DNA of 49,970 nucleotides from Longimicrobium sp. (lineage in GTDB: Bacteria; Gemmatimonadota; Gemmatimonadetes; Longimicrobiales; Longimicrobiaceae): NCBI GenBank assembly GCA_035638875.1, contig DASQZE010000232.1, forward strand, positions 1-49,970, read 5' to 3'. Of this stretch, positions 35,537 to 45,160 are shown in pieces. Under the pieces are notes generated by a model. That model was not told the DNA's origin. It made no database searches and saw nothing but the letters and a program-made list of their open reading frames with translations. The translations under genes and the position numbers were made by a program. The first letter of the stretch is position 1, and each line of letters opens with the position of its first letter.

Positions 35537-37111
35537 TCAGCGCGCGAAGTCGACCGCGCGCGTTTCGCGGATCACGACGACCTTGATCTGCCCCGGGTAC
35601 TGCAGCTCGGCCTCGATGCGGCGCGCCGTTTCTTCGCTCAGACGCGTCATGTCCTCGTCCGAGATGGCCTCGGGGGTCACCAGCACGCGCAGCTCGCGGC
35701 CGGCCTGGATGGCGAAGCAGCGCTCCACGCCGGGGAACGAGGTTGCGATCTCCTCCAGCTTCTCCAGCCGCTTGACGTACGTCTCGAACATCTCGCGCCG
35801 CGCGCCCGGCCGCGACCCGCTGATCGCATCGGCCGCGGTCACCAGGAACGACTCGGGGAACAGGTGCGGCTCCTCGTCGTGGTGCGCCTTGATGCCGTTG
35901 AGCACCTGCGCCGGCTCGTTGTACTTCTTGGCCAGGTTGTAGCCCAGCTCCACGTGCGTGCCCTCGTGCTCGTGGGTCATGCCCTTGCCCACGTCGTGCA
36001 GGATGCCCATGCGCTTGGCCATGGTGGCGTCGAAGCCCATCTCCGCGGCCATGTTGCCGGCCAGGATGGCGACTTCCTTGGCGTGCAGCAGCTGGTTCTG
36101 CCCGTACGACGTGCGGAACTTCAGGCGCCCCAGCACCTTGACGACCTCCGGGTGCACGCCGTGGATCCCCAGCTCGTACAGGATCTCCTCGGCGGCCTCG
36201 CGCATGCCGTTCTCCACCTCCTTGCGCGCCTTGCCGACCACTTCCTCGATGCGCCCGGGGTGGATGCGCCCGTCCGACACCAGCTTTTCCAGGGCGATGC
36301 GGGCCGTTTCGCGCCGCACGGGATCGAACCCGCTGAGCACCACCGCTTCCGGCGTGTCGTCGATGATGACGTCGATGCCGGTGGCCTGCTCGAACGCGCG
36401 GATGTTGCGCCCCTCGCGGCCGATGATGCGCCCCTTCATCTCGTCCGACGGCAGCGCCACGACGGAGACGGTGGTCTCCGCCGTGTGGTCCGCGGCGATG
36501 CGCTGGATGGCCAGGGAGATGATCTTCTTGGCCTCGCGCTCGGCGTCGCGCTTGGCCTCTTCCTTGATCTCGCGCACGCGCTGGGCACCGGCCGCGCGGG
36601 CCTGCTCCTCCATCTCGTGCATGAGCTGGCGGCGCGCCTCGTCGGCGTTCAACCCCGCGAGCGACTCCAGCCGGTGCTGCACCTCGGCGATGCGGTTCTG
36701 CAGCTCCACGCCCTGCGCCTCCACCTGTTTTTCGCGGTGGCCCAGCTCGTGGCCGCGGCGCTCCTGCGCCTCGCCCTTCTCGTCCAGCAGGTGGAACTTG
36801 CGGTCCAGGGCCTCCGTGCGCTCCTGCAGCCGCCGCTCCAGGCGGTCCACCTCGTCGCGCCGCTTGGTCTCCTCGCGCTCCCACTCCTCGCGCGACTTGA
36901 TGGCCTCTTCGCGCCCCTTGAGCACCTCGCCCTTGCGCAGGCTCTCGGCGTCCTGCTGGGCGGCGGCCAGGATGCGCGCGCGCTCGTCCTCGGCGGTCGC
37001 CCTGGCGGCGACTAGGCGTGCCTGGGTACGCGAATCGGTGACCGATTTCCCAGCGAAGAAGCCGACTGCGCCCGCGACCACGGCCGCGATGGCGATCAGC
37101 AGAATGTCCAT
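35537..37111 (-). CDS. rny: Ribonuclease Y
   Basis: N-terminal TM, coiled coil, KH domain (MKGRIIGREGRNIR), HD domain (LHDVGK), DAISGSRPGAR; start MDILL. Confidence 0.97.
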   Translation of the reverse strand: MDILLIAIAAVVAGAVGFFAGKSVTDSRTQARLVAARATAEDERARILAAAQQDAESLRKGEVLKGREEAIKSREEWEREETKRRDEVDRLERRLQERTEALDRKFHLLDEKGEAQERRGHELGHREKQVEAQGVELQNRIAEVQHRLESLAGLNADEARRQLMHEMEEQARAAGAQRVREIKEEAKRDAEREAKKIISLAIQRIAADHTAETTVSVVALPSDEMKGRIIGREGRNIRAFEQATGIDVIIDDTPEAVVLSGFDPVRRETARIALEKLVSDGRIHPGRIEEVVGKARKEVENGMREAAEEILYELGIHGVHPEVVKVLGRLKFRTSYGQNQLLHAKEVAILAGNMAAEMGFDATMAKRMGILHDVGKGMTHEHEGTHVELGYNLAKKYNEPAQVLNGIKAHHDEEPHLFPESFLVTAADAISGSRPGARREMFETYVKRLEKLEEIATSFPGVERCFAIQAGRELRVLVTPEAISDEDMTRLSEETARRIEAELQYPGQIKVVVIRETRAVDFAR

Positions 37112-37453
37112 GGAACGTCTATTTTCAGCGCGGGATAGGCCCCCGCGACGCCGGTCCAAAACAGAAAAAGGTGGCCGAGCCCCGTCACCCGCCACCGCAA
37201 TGCTGAGCCGCGCTCAGTTTATCTGCGGCTTTGGTTCGGCCGCAACGGGAAAACATACGAAGAGTTGCGGGTTGGTGGCAAGGTGCTGCGCGGGTCGGGC
37301 GCGTGCCGGGTTTGGCCTTTGTACTCGTTCTGTGTAGATTCGGTGCATTGAACCCAGCCACATATACCCCGTGTCAGGCGGTCTTTTGGTCTTTCACCAT
37401 GGAATCCGTGAAGTCTAAACGCCGTCAGTCATCTCCGACGGGAGGTCAAAGCC

Positions 37454-37630
37454 ATGACAGAAACGCCGATCAAAGCGGTTGAACTGACGCGGTCGATTCG
37501 CGATCAGATGTACGAGGAGACCAAGAGCATGACTCCAGACGAGTTCGTGGCGTTCATCACGCGCGAAGCCGGAAAGGCTCGGCCCGCATTGGCCACGGTC
37601 CCGAGCACCGGCGACGGTCACGCGGTCTGA
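37454..37630 (+). CDS. Small 58-aa protein, orphan antitoxin-like (not in ORF track)
   Basis: GGAGG RBS at 37441; MTETPIKAVELTRSIRDQMYEETKSMTPDEFVAFITREAG...; followed by a terminator. Confidence 0.65.
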   Translation: MTETPIKAVELTRSIRDQMYEETKSMTPDEFVAFITREAGKARPALATVPSTGDGHAV

Positions 37631-37646
37631 CGAATGCCTGGATGAG

Positions 37647-37688
37647 AAAGGCGCTGGTCCCCCTTTACGTGGACCAGCGCCTTTTCTT
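37647..37688. terminator. Bidirectional terminator
   Basis: AAAGGCGCTGGTCC...GGACCAGCGCCTTTT. Confidence 0.8.
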
Positions 37689-37771
37689 CACCGGAATCAA
37701 CTCATCACCCGCGCAGCGTGTACAGAAGCGCTCGAATCCGCTGTTGCTGGCCGTAACCTGTCCCCCGCAGT

Positions 37772-38074
37772 TCAGCCGAGCGCGTCCTCCAGAAGGTCCG
37801 CGATCTCCGCCGTCCGCACCTCGGCCTCGGCGCGCAGCCGCTCGATCTCTTCGCGGGCCTTGAACAGCTCGTCCGTGATCGACAGGCTCGCCAGGATGGC
37901 CGCCCGGTCGCGCTCCAGCGTGGGAAAGGAGGGGAGTGAGCGGATGATCTCGTCCACGTGCGCGGCGATGGCGCGCGTGCGCTCGGGCGGGACGTCGCTG
38001 CGCAGCACGTGGCGCTCGCCCGCGATCTCCACGGCGACGGTGTGGCGCTGCGGCGGCGGCTTGCGCGGGCTCAT
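37772..38074 (-). CDS. zapA: Cell division protein ZapA
   Basis: VAVEIAGERHVL...IAAHVDE...AAILASLSITDELF; pheT-zapA-rny synteny. Confidence 0.88.
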   Translation of the reverse strand: MSPRKPPPQRHTVAVEIAGERHVLRSDVPPERTRAIAAHVDEIIRSLPSFPTLERDRAAILASLSITDELFKAREEIERLRAEAEVRTAEIADLLEDALG

Positions 38075-38409
38075 GGGCGGTTCTCCAGCACGGTGAGCCG
38101 CGCCAGCAGCCCCATGATGCGCTGCCGGGCCTCCGCCGCGCGGCTCGTGAGCACGGCGTTCTCCGCGCGCAGCCGCCGCAGCTCGTCCCCCGCCTCGTCC
38201 GAGGGGAGCGGCCCGAGCGACGTAAGCTGCTCCAGCTCCGTACGCAGCCGCTGCACCTCGTGCTCCGCCTCCGTAGCGCGCTTGCGCCACTCCGCCAGCG
38301 CCTCCGCGGCGGCCCGGGAGGCACGCTCCAGCCGCTCCCACCCGGCGTTCTCGGCGGATGGGGTGTCATCAAGCGTCTCCAGGGCGGAATCAGCGGCGCC
38401 GGATGCCAT
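38071..38409 (-). CDS. Coiled-coil protein upstream of zapA (ZapB-like)
   Basis: Heptad pattern (LRRLRAENAVL); ATGA coupling to zapA. Confidence 0.7.
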   Translation of the reverse strand: MASGAADSALETLDDTPSAENAGWERLERASRAAAEALAEWRKRATEAEHEVQRLRTELEQLTSLGPLPSDEAGDELRRLRAENAVLTSRAAEARQRIMGLLARLTVLENRP

Positions 38410-40753
38410 GCCGCTCCTCGAGGGTGCGGAGGACGAGGCTCACCGCCCCATCCACCTCCGCGTCCGTCAGCGTGCGTTCGGGCGCGCGGAAGCGCAGGCG
38501 GAACGCCACGCTCCGCGTCCCGTCCGGAATCCCCTTGCCCTCGTACAGGTCGAACGGGAACACGTCCTCCAGCAGCGCACCCGCCGCCTCGCGGATCGTC
38601 CCGTCCACGTCCCCCGCGCTCTTTCCCGCCGGCAGCAGCAGCGCCAGGTCGCGCTCCGAGCCGGGGTGGACCGGGATCGGCTGATACAGCACCTCGCGGC
38701 GCGCGGCGGAGGTGCCCGGGAGCGTGGCTTCCACGATCAGCACGGGCCCGGCCCACGCGGGCGCATCCACCTCGCCCGCCGCGGCCACGCGCCCGTTGCC
38801 CTTCTCGTGCCCGTCCGCCGTGCGCAGGACGAACGCGCCGTCCACCGCCTCCACGCGGGCGCCGGGGTACTCGGCCGCGAGTTCCTCCATCAATCCCTTC
38901 ACGTCCCACACGTCGTAGTCCGGCGCGGCGCCGGACCAGTGCGGCGGCCGGCTGGCGCCCGTGAACGCCGCCGCCACGCGCTGCTCCTCGCGCGGCAGCC
39001 CCCCGTCCGGCGCGGCGAAGAAGGCCGTGCCCAACTCGAACAGGCGCACGTCGCGGACGCCGCGGGCCAGGTTGTGCTCCACGCGCCGCAGCAGCCCGGG
39101 CGCCAGGGTGCCGCGCAGGAAGCCCTCCTCCGCCGACAGCGGGTTCAGCAGGGGCACGGTGCCGGCGCCCTCCGGCGCGAAGCCGCCCGCGACCGACTCC
39201 AGGAATCCCCAGCGGACGAAGAGCGCGCGCATCCGCCGCTCCACGGCGATCACCGGGTGCTCCGGCACGGCCGTGGGGCGGAAGGGGAGCAGCTGCTCGG
39301 GGAACGAGCCATAGCCGCGGCGGCGCGCGATCTCCTCCACCAGGTCGATCTCCCCCGTCACGTCCGGCCGGAAGCCGGGAACGAGCACGCGGATGGGCTT
39401 GGGGCGCGTGTTCACGTCGAAGCCGATGGGCTCCAGCAGGTCGCGGATCTCGTTGGGGGTCAGGGAGATGCCCAGCACCTTCTCTGCCCGCTCCTCGCGC
39501 AGCCCGATGGCGCGCCGCTCGAACCGTTGCGGCACCAGGTCCACGGCGCCCGCCGCCTGCCCGCCCGCCACGGCCAGGATGAGCTCGATGACGCGCTGCA
39601 TGGCCGTGGGCTGCCCCTCGGGGTCCACGCCGCGCTCGAAGCGGTGCGACGCGTCCGTGTTCAGCCCCAGCCGCCGCGCCGTCTTGCGCACGCGCCGGGC
39701 GTCGAAGAGCGCGACCTCGATGAACAGGTCCGTCGTGCGCTCGCTCACCTCGCTGTCCTGCCCGCCCATCACGCCGGCCAGGGCGACCGCGCCCTCGCCG
39801 TCCGCGATCACCACGTCCGTCTCCAGCAGCGCGCGCTCGGCGCCGTCCAGCGTCGTCAGCGTCTCGCCGGCATGGGCGCGGCGGACGGCGATCCGTCCGC
39901 CCCGCAGCAGGCGGAGGTCGAAGGCGTGGATGGGCTGCCCCAGCTCGTGCAGCACGTAGTTGGTGGCATCCACCACGTTGTTGATGGGACGCAGCCCCAC
40001 GGCGCGCAGCCGCGTGGCCAGCCACTCCGGCGACGGGCCCACGGTGACGCCGTGGATGACGGCGCCCATGTAGCGCGAGCAGCCCTCCTCGTCGTCGATG
40101 GCCACCTCGATCCCCGGCGCGTCCGCCTCGCGCTTGCCCTGCTTTACGGGGCAGGCGTGGCCGCGATCGTTCGGAAACTTCGGGAGCTCGATGCCGTCCT
40201 CGCCGCGGGGCGCCAGCTCGCGCGCCACGCCCAGGTGCGACAGCAGCTCGCCGCGGTTGGGCGTGACGTCGACGACGAGCCGCCAGTCGTCCAGCCCCAG
40301 CGCCTGGCGGAAGTTGGCGCCGGGGGCGAAGTCGCCGTGCAGCGTCATCAACCCGCCGTGGTCGCGCCCCAGCCCCAGCTCGCGCGCGGAGCACAGCATC
40401 CCCTGCGACTCTTCGCCGCGGAGCCTGGCCTTCTTGATCTCCATGCCGCCCGGCAGCGTGGCGCCGATGGGGGCAAAGGGATACAGGCCGCCCGCCTCCA
40501 CGTTGGGCGCGCCGCACACCACCTGGAGCGGGTCGCCGCTCCCGGCGTTGACGGTGCAGATGCGCAGGCGGTCGGCGTTGGGGTGCTGGCGCACGTCTTC
40601 AACGCGCGCGATGACCACGTCGCCGATGCCGGCGCCCAGGTCCACCACCTCGTCCACGGGTGCGCCCAGCATGGCCAACCGCTCCGCCAGCTCGTGCGGG
40701 GTGCCCCGCAGGCCCGGGGCGATGGAGTGCAGCCAGCGATAGGAGATGTTCAT
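38390..40753 (-). CDS. pheT: Phenylalanine-tRNA ligase beta subunit
   Basis: HPNADRL, VVCGAPNV, SQGMLCS, TPNRG and INNVVD motifs; FDX-ACB C-terminus. Confidence 0.97.
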   Translation of the reverse strand: MNISYRWLHSIAPGLRGTPHELAERLAMLGAPVDEVVDLGAGIGDVVIARVEDVRQHPNADRLRICTVNAGSGDPLQVVCGAPNVEAGGLYPFAPIGATLPGGMEIKKARLRGEESQGMLCSARELGLGRDHGGLMTLHGDFAPGANFRQALGLDDWRLVVDVTPNRGELLSHLGVARELAPRGEDGIELPKFPNDRGHACPVKQGKREADAPGIEVAIDDEEGCSRYMGAVIHGVTVGPSPEWLATRLRAVGLRPINNVVDATNYVLHELGQPIHAFDLRLLRGGRIAVRRAHAGETLTTLDGAERALLETDVVIADGEGAVALAGVMGGQDSEVSERTTDLFIEVALFDARRVRKTARRLGLNTDASHRFERGVDPEGQPTAMQRVIELILAVAGGQAAGAVDLVPQRFERRAIGLREERAEKVLGISLTPNEIRDLLEPIGFDVNTRPKPIRVLVPGFRPDVTGEIDLVEEIARRRGYGSFPEQLLPFRPTAVPEHPVIAVERRMRALFVRWGFLESVAGGFAPEGAGTVPLLNPLSAEEGFLRGTLAPGLLRRVEHNLARGVRDVRLFELGTAFFAAPDGGLPREEQRVAAAFTGASRPPHWSGAAPDYDVWDVKGLMEELAAEYPGARVEAVDGAFVLRTADGHEKGNGRVAAAGEVDAPAWAGPVLIVEATLPGTSAARREVLYQPIPVHPGSERDLALLLPAGKSAGDVDGTIREAAGALLEDVFPFDLYEGKGIPDGTRSVAFRLRFRAPERTLTDAEVDGAVSLVLRTLEERHGIRRR

Positions 40754-40760
40754 TGACGGC

Positions 40761-40930
40761 CAGGGAATAGGGAATAGGGAATAGGGAATAGCGGGCCGTT
40801 GATCCGCCGAGTCCCCGCCCTGCTCCCGGTTGTTTGTCGTTGCTCAGCCTCTCCGTTCGAGGGAATGGGGAGGGGAACCGGAATGCCGTGCAGTTGCAGG
40901 CTATTCCCTATTCCCTATTCCCTATTCCCT
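40761..40930. repeat. ~170-bp MITE-like element with (GGGAATA)n inverted ends
   Basis: (GGGAATA)4 ... GCCGTGCAGTTGCAGGC(TATTCCC)4; interior homologous to 42041-42211. Confidence 0.85.
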
Positions 40931-41967
40931 CACGAGAACTGCCCCAAAAACCGCATGTCCCCCTCGTACAGCAGCCGGATGTCCGGCAGCTTGTACCGCT
41001 GCAGGGCGATGCGGCCGGGGCCCATGCCAAAGGCGTAGCCCGTGTACTTCTCGGGATCGTAGCCCACGTTCTCGAAGACGTTGGGGTGCACCATGCCGGC
41101 GCCCATGATCTCCATCCACCCCGTGTGCTTGCACGCGCTGCACCCCGCGCCGGCGCAGATGCGGCACGACACGTCCACCTCCGCCGACGGCTCGGTAAAG
41201 GGGAAGAACGAGGGGCGAAAGCGCGTCCTGGCGTCCGCGCCGAAGAAGCGGCGCACGAACTCGCTGATGGTCGCCTTGAAGTCGGAGAAGGTGATCCCCT
41301 CGTCCACGGCCAGCCCCTCCAGCTGGGCGAACGCGGGCGCATGGCTGGCGTCGTACGGGTCGCGGCGGTACACCATGCCGGGCACCACCACGCGCACGGG
41401 CGGCGCGAACGCCTCCATCACGTGCGCCTGCGCCGGCGACGTGTGGGTGCGCAGCACGACGCCGTCCGCCAGGTAGAAGGTGTCGTGCATGTCGGCCGCG
41501 GGGTGGTCCAGCGGTGTGTTGAGCTTGCTGAAGTTGTACTCGACCGTCTCCACCTCCGGCCCCGCCACGCGGCTGAACCCCAGGTCGCGGAAGATGTCGC
41601 AGATCTCGTCGATCACCAGCGTCACGGGATGCACCCCGCCCCGCCAGCGCTGCCGGCCGGGGAGGGTGAGGTCGATGCGCGGCCCCTCGTCCGCCGTGCC
41701 CGAGAACGCGGACTCGCGCTCCTCCAGCAGGGCGTTCAGGGCCTCCTTGACCCGGTTGGCCTCGGCGCCCACGACGGGCTTTTCCTCGGCGGAGAGCTCG
41801 CCCAGGCGGCGCAGAATGCCCGTGAGCCGGCCCTTGCGGCCCAGGTACTCCGTGCGCAGCCCCTCCAGCGCCTCGGCCCCGCCGGCGGCGCGCACGGCCT
41901 CGGCGCCTTCGCCTTCCAGGCCGCGGAGCTGGGCGATCAGTTCTTCGGTTACGGTCGTCATCGTCAT
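40930..41967 (-). CDS. pheS: Phenylalanine-tRNA ligase alpha subunit
   Basis: HPAADMHDTFY, LRTHTS, RPSFFPFTEPS and GAGMVHP motifs; start 41967 or 41961. Confidence 0.97.
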   Translation of the reverse strand: MTMTTVTEELIAQLRGLEGEGAEAVRAAGGAEALEGLRTEYLGRKGRLTGILRRLGELSAEEKPVVGAEANRVKEALNALLEERESAFSGTADEGPRIDLTLPGRQRWRGGVHPVTLVIDEICDIFRDLGFSRVAGPEVETVEYNFSKLNTPLDHPAADMHDTFYLADGVVLRTHTSPAQAHVMEAFAPPVRVVVPGMVYRRDPYDASHAPAFAQLEGLAVDEGITFSDFKATISEFVRRFFGADARTRFRPSFFPFTEPSAEVDVSCRICAGAGCSACKHTGWMEIMGAGMVHPNVFENVGYDPEKYTGYAFGMGPGRIALQRYKLPDIRLLYEGDMRFLGQFS

Positions 41968-42040
41968 CCGTGGTTCCGCCCTGCTGAATGCAGGAACCCA
42001 AACTTAGCCGCGCGCGTGCATTTGGCTACCCCAGGAAGAA

Positions 42041-42211
42041 CAGGGAATAGGGAATAGGTAATAGGGAATAGCGGGATTGGGGACCCGCGGGCTCCCTGCC
42101 CTCCTTCCGGTGTTCGTTGCAGCCTCAGCCCTCCGGGCAGGGATTGGACCGAGGGAGGAGCCGGGATGCCGTGCAGTTGCAGGCTATTCCCTATTCCCTA
42201 TTCCTATTCCC
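42041..42211. repeat. Second ~170-bp (GGGAATA)n MITE-like element
   Basis: Same ends and related interior as 40761-40930. Confidence 0.85.
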
Positions 42212-42282
42212 TCGTCGTGCAAACGGAAAGCGGCGCCGGAGGAAAGAATCCCCCGGCGCCGCTGACTCCCGTCCCGCCGCCG

Positions 42283-42642
42283 TCAGGCAGCCAGGCTCGT
42301 CTTGGCGGCGCTGGCGATCTGCCCAAAGGCGTTGGGATCGCGCACGGCGATGTCCGCCAGCACCTTGCGGTCGATCTCGATGCCGCCCTTGCGAAGGCCG
42401 TCCATCAGCCGCGAGTACGAAAGGCCGTTCAGGCGGGCCGCCGCGTTGATGCGGACGATCCACAGGCGGCGGAACTCGCGCTTGCGGTTCTTGCGGTCGC
42501 GGTACGCGTACTTGTGTGCGCGCTCCACGGCCTCCTTGGCCGTCTTGTACAGGTTCTTGCGGCGGCCGAAGTATCCCTTGGCCTGGGCAAGGATCTGGTT
42601 CTTGCGCTTGAGTCGCGCAACGTTGGTGCTTACACGCGGCAT
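42283..42642 (-). CDS. rplT: 50S ribosomal protein L20
   Basis: AKGYFG, YAYRDRK.RKR.FRRLWI.RINAA and DRKVLAD motifs. Confidence 0.98.
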   Translation of the reverse strand: MPRVSTNVARLKRKNQILAQAKGYFGRRKNLYKTAKEAVERAHKYAYRDRKNRKREFRRLWIVRINAAARLNGLSYSRLMDGLRKGGIEIDRKVLADIAVRDPNAFGQIASAAKTSLAA

Positions 42643-42683
42643 TTCAGCCCTCCCGTTCTAAGAAATCGTTAGGTCGGCGAAAG

Positions 42684-42878
42684 TCAGTTGGCGAGCAGAC
42701 GCTTTACGCGCTGTTCGTCGGCCTTGGCGAGCATGGTGGTGCCGCGCAGGTTCCGCTTCCGCTTCGGCGACTTCTTGGTCAGGATGTGGCTGGTGAACGC
42801 GCTTCCACGCTTCACACGGCCCTTGGCCGTGACCTTGAAGCGCTTGGCGGCGCCGCGGTGGCTCTTCATCTTGGGCAT
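42684..42878 (-). CDS. rpmI: 50S ribosomal protein L35
   Basis: [14 protein letters not shown]...HILTKK. Confidence 0.98.
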   Translation of the reverse strand: MPKMKSHRGAAKRFKVTAKGRVKRGSAFTSHILTKKSPKRKRNLRGTTMLAKADEQRVKRLLAN

Positions 42879-42882
42879 CGTA

Positions 42883-43464
42883 CTACCTTTCGTCCGCCGC
42901 CGCAGCCGCGGCGGTAGGTTGGCTGGTCTGTTGTTGTTGCTGCTGCTGAGGGGGCTTCGCCGTGGGGGCGAGCACCATCACCATGCTGCGGCCTTCGAGC
43001 ATGGGGTGCGCCTCGATCTTCGAGACTTCCTGCAGCTCCTGAAACACACGGTCCAGCACCTTGCGCCCGTACTCCGGATGGGCCATCTGGCGCCCGCGGA
43101 ACATCATGGTGAGCTTGACCTTGTTCCCTTCCTCCAGGAACCTCTTGGCGTGGCGCACCTTGAATTCGAAGTCGTGTCCCTCGATTCCCGGGCGCATTTT
43201 CACTTCCTTCAGCTGCACGTGGTGCTGCTTCTTGCGCGCCTCGCGCGCCTGACGCTGCTCCTCGTACTTGAACTTGCCGTAGTCCATGATGCGGCAGACC
43301 GGCGGACGAGCCATGGGTGCGACCTCGACCAGGTCCAGCCCCTGCTCTTCCGCGATCTCCATCGCCCGTTCGATCGGCAGGATTCCCATCTGCTCGCCGG
43401 CCGGGTCGATGACACGGACGGGGCTGATGCGGATCTGCCGGTTCACACGCACTTTCTCGTTGAT
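42883..43464 (-). CDS. infC: Translation initiation factor IF-3, probable AUC start
   Basis: RVNRQIR, LDLVEV and [14 protein letters not shown] motifs; in-frame ATC at 43464 preceded by GGAGAG. Confidence 0.95.
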   Translation of the reverse strand: MNEKVRVNRQIRISPVRVIDPAGEQMGILPIERAMEIAEEQGLDLVEVAPMARPPVCRIMDYGKFKYEEQRQAREARKKQHHVQLKEVKMRPGIEGHDFEFKVRHAKRFLEEGNKVKLTMMFRGRQMAHPEYGRKVLDRVFQELQEVSKIEAHPMLEGRSMVMVLAPTAKPPQQQQQQQTSQPTAAAAAADER

Positions 43465-43504
43465 ACGCCGCTCTCCGGGCTTCGGGGTAAGGTGATGGTG
43501 CCAA

Positions 43505-43545
43505 ACAAAAAAAACGGACCCAATCATTCGATCAGGTCCGTCCAT
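43505..43545 (-). promoter_or_regulatory. Terminator-like hairpin in the infC leader (possible L20-type attenuator)
   Basis: ACGGACC...GGTCCGT followed by a U8 tract on the minus strand, ~40 nt before infC. Confidence 0.6.
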
Positions 43546-43681
43546 GCGCTGCACGCCGGCAATCGTCCCGGGTAACCGGGACGGCCGTCGTGCCTCGCGC
43601 GGACCTGGCAGCATCGCGTTTTGCGCGAGCCATACAGGTGGAGGACCCGCCGGTCCCCACTTTCCAGCAATTTGGCCGGGT

Positions 43682-43711
43682 AATCTACCCCCGGGGAGGG
43701 CATCCTGTCAA
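43682..43711 (-). promoter_or_regulatory. Putative sigma70 promoter of infC-rpmI-rplT
   Basis: TTGACA-N18-TAGATT on the minus strand. Confidence 0.6.
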
Positions 43712-43984
43712 CGGGGCGGCGAAGCTGAATTGCAAAGATCTCATCCAGACGCCGATGGACACTGGTCCACTCGCCACGTTTCGTTGTACACATCGGGATT
43801 GTATACAACACCAATGCAAGCGGAACCGTACTGGCAACCATCCGTCCTGAGCGGGTAAACCCGCCGCTGGGAATGCGATAAGCCCTGTCTCGCGCGACGC
43901 GCTTGCGAACAGGGTTTCAACTGCGTTACGGCACCGCGGCTCGGCCGGGGACGATGTTGCCATTACGACAACGCTCACCCGTGC

Positions 43985-44034
43985 AGTCTGCGCAGGCGGA
44001 CTTCGTGTCGTTGTTGCGGCGAATTCATTCGCTC
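43985..44034 (+). repeat. Family A REP-like copy
   Basis: AGTCTGCGCAGGCGGACTTCGTG...GCGGCGAATTCATTCGCTC. Confidence 0.85.
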
Positions 44035-44093
44035 GGCGGGAGAGTGGCTCCGGGGTTGGATGCTCGTGGGGCACGGCCGCGTCCGGCCCTTGT

Positions 44094-44573
44094 CTACTCG
44101 CCGTCCACGAAGCGCGTGAGCAGGCGGGCGAAGGTGCGGCGCTCGTCGTCCGTCCAGCCACCCATGGTCTCGGCGAAGGCGCGCTGGCGGATGCGATGCG
44201 CGGATTCGGCGAGGGCGCGACCGGTGTCCGTCAGGCGCAGGCCCACGCGGCGGCCGTCGGACTGGGAGGCCACGCGCTCCACGTAGCCGGCCTGGAGGGC
44301 GGACGTCACCACGCGGCTGGCCCGCGACGGATCGATGCCCAGCCGCTCGCCCACCATCCCCACCGTCACCGCACCGCCGGACGCGCCGGGGCCCTCCTCG
44401 ACCGCATCCACCACGCCCAGGTGGGCCAGGTCCACGTCTCCACCGAGCTCGCGCACCAGCCGCGCGCCCAGGTTGCGCCGGGTCATGTCGCGCCGCAGCC
44501 GCACGAAGGCGCGCTCCACGGCTGCCAGCGCCTCATCCGCCTCGGGTACGCTCTCTCGCTGTCGCTTGCTCAT
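44094..44573 (-). CDS. MarR-family transcriptional regulator
   Basis: TVGMVGERLGIDPSRASRVV and DGRRVGLRLTDTG winged HTH. Confidence 0.9.
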   Translation of the reverse strand: MSKRQRESVPEADEALAAVERAFVRLRRDMTRRNLGARLVRELGGDVDLAHLGVVDAVEEGPGASGGAVTVGMVGERLGIDPSRASRVVTSALQAGYVERVASQSDGRRVGLRLTDTGRALAESAHRIRQRAFAETMGGWTDDERRTFARLLTRFVDGE

Positions 44574-44591
44574 GGGATCCAAAGCTACCGG

Positions 44592-44649
44592 TTGACACTG
44601 GACAGCGGCAAGAATATGCTTTGATCAGTTATATGCTTTAAACACATAT
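44592..44649 (+). promoter_or_regulatory. Promoter and putative MarR operator
   Basis: TTGACA-N17-TATGCT; ATATG-N9-CATAT palindrome at 44631-44649 and a second ATATGCTTT half-site at 44614. Confidence 0.65.
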
Positions 44650-44666
44650 CGACTGGCGAGGACGAG

Positions 44667-45140
44667 ATGCGAGAGTTGACCATCGCGGTGCACTGGCTGC
44701 ACGTGCTGGGCGGGATCGTGTGGTTCGGCGGGCACGTGTTCACGGCGGCGGTGATCTGGCCCGCCCTGCTCCGCCGCCCCGCGCCGGAGGCGAAGGCGCT
44801 CAGCGACGCCATGGCGGAACCGGCGATGCGGGTGATGGGGCCGGCGGGGATGCTCGTGCTGGTGCTGGGGATCGTGCGCGGGACGGTGCTGGGGCCGGTG
44901 CGGTCGCTGGACGTGCTGTTCGGAACGGCGTACGGGTGGACGTTCGCGGCGGCGCTGCTGCTGACGTTCTTCCTGATGGGATACGCGGGCGCCACGCGGA
45001 AGGAGATGGAGGATCGCGTGTGGGACGGCGAGCGCTTTCAGCCCGGCGCGGCGGCGTACCTGCGCCGCAGCAGCGCCATCAACCTCGGCGGATTGGCCGC
45101 GATCCTCGTCTGCATGGTGCTGATGCGCTTCGGGCTGTAG
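44667..45140 (+). CDS. Four-TM membrane protein (CopD/DUF2269-like)
   Basis: HWLHVLGGIVWFGG, four hydrophobic segments, divergent from marR. Confidence 0.8.
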   Translation: MRELTIAVHWLHVLGGIVWFGGHVFTAAVIWPALLRRPAPEAKALSDAMAEPAMRVMGPAGMLVLVLGIVRGTVLGPVRSLDVLFGTAYGWTFAAALLLTFFLMGYAGATRKEMEDRVWDGERFQPGAAAYLRRSSAINLGGLAAILVCMVLMRFGL

Positions 45141-45160
45141 GGGGTGAACGGCGAGTGGAA

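Noticed and set aside
37112-37771. 6S RNA (ssrS) expected from zapA-rny synteny; GGGTTCAA seen near 37350
   Set aside because: I could not fold a convincing long rod with a central bubble by eye, and the space holds a repeat, a terminator and a small ORF. An Rfam RF00013 search would decide.
42925-42950. Poly-Gln tract at the IF-3 C-terminus
   Set aside because: Short mixed CAG/CAA low-complexity tail; variable IF-3 tails are common.
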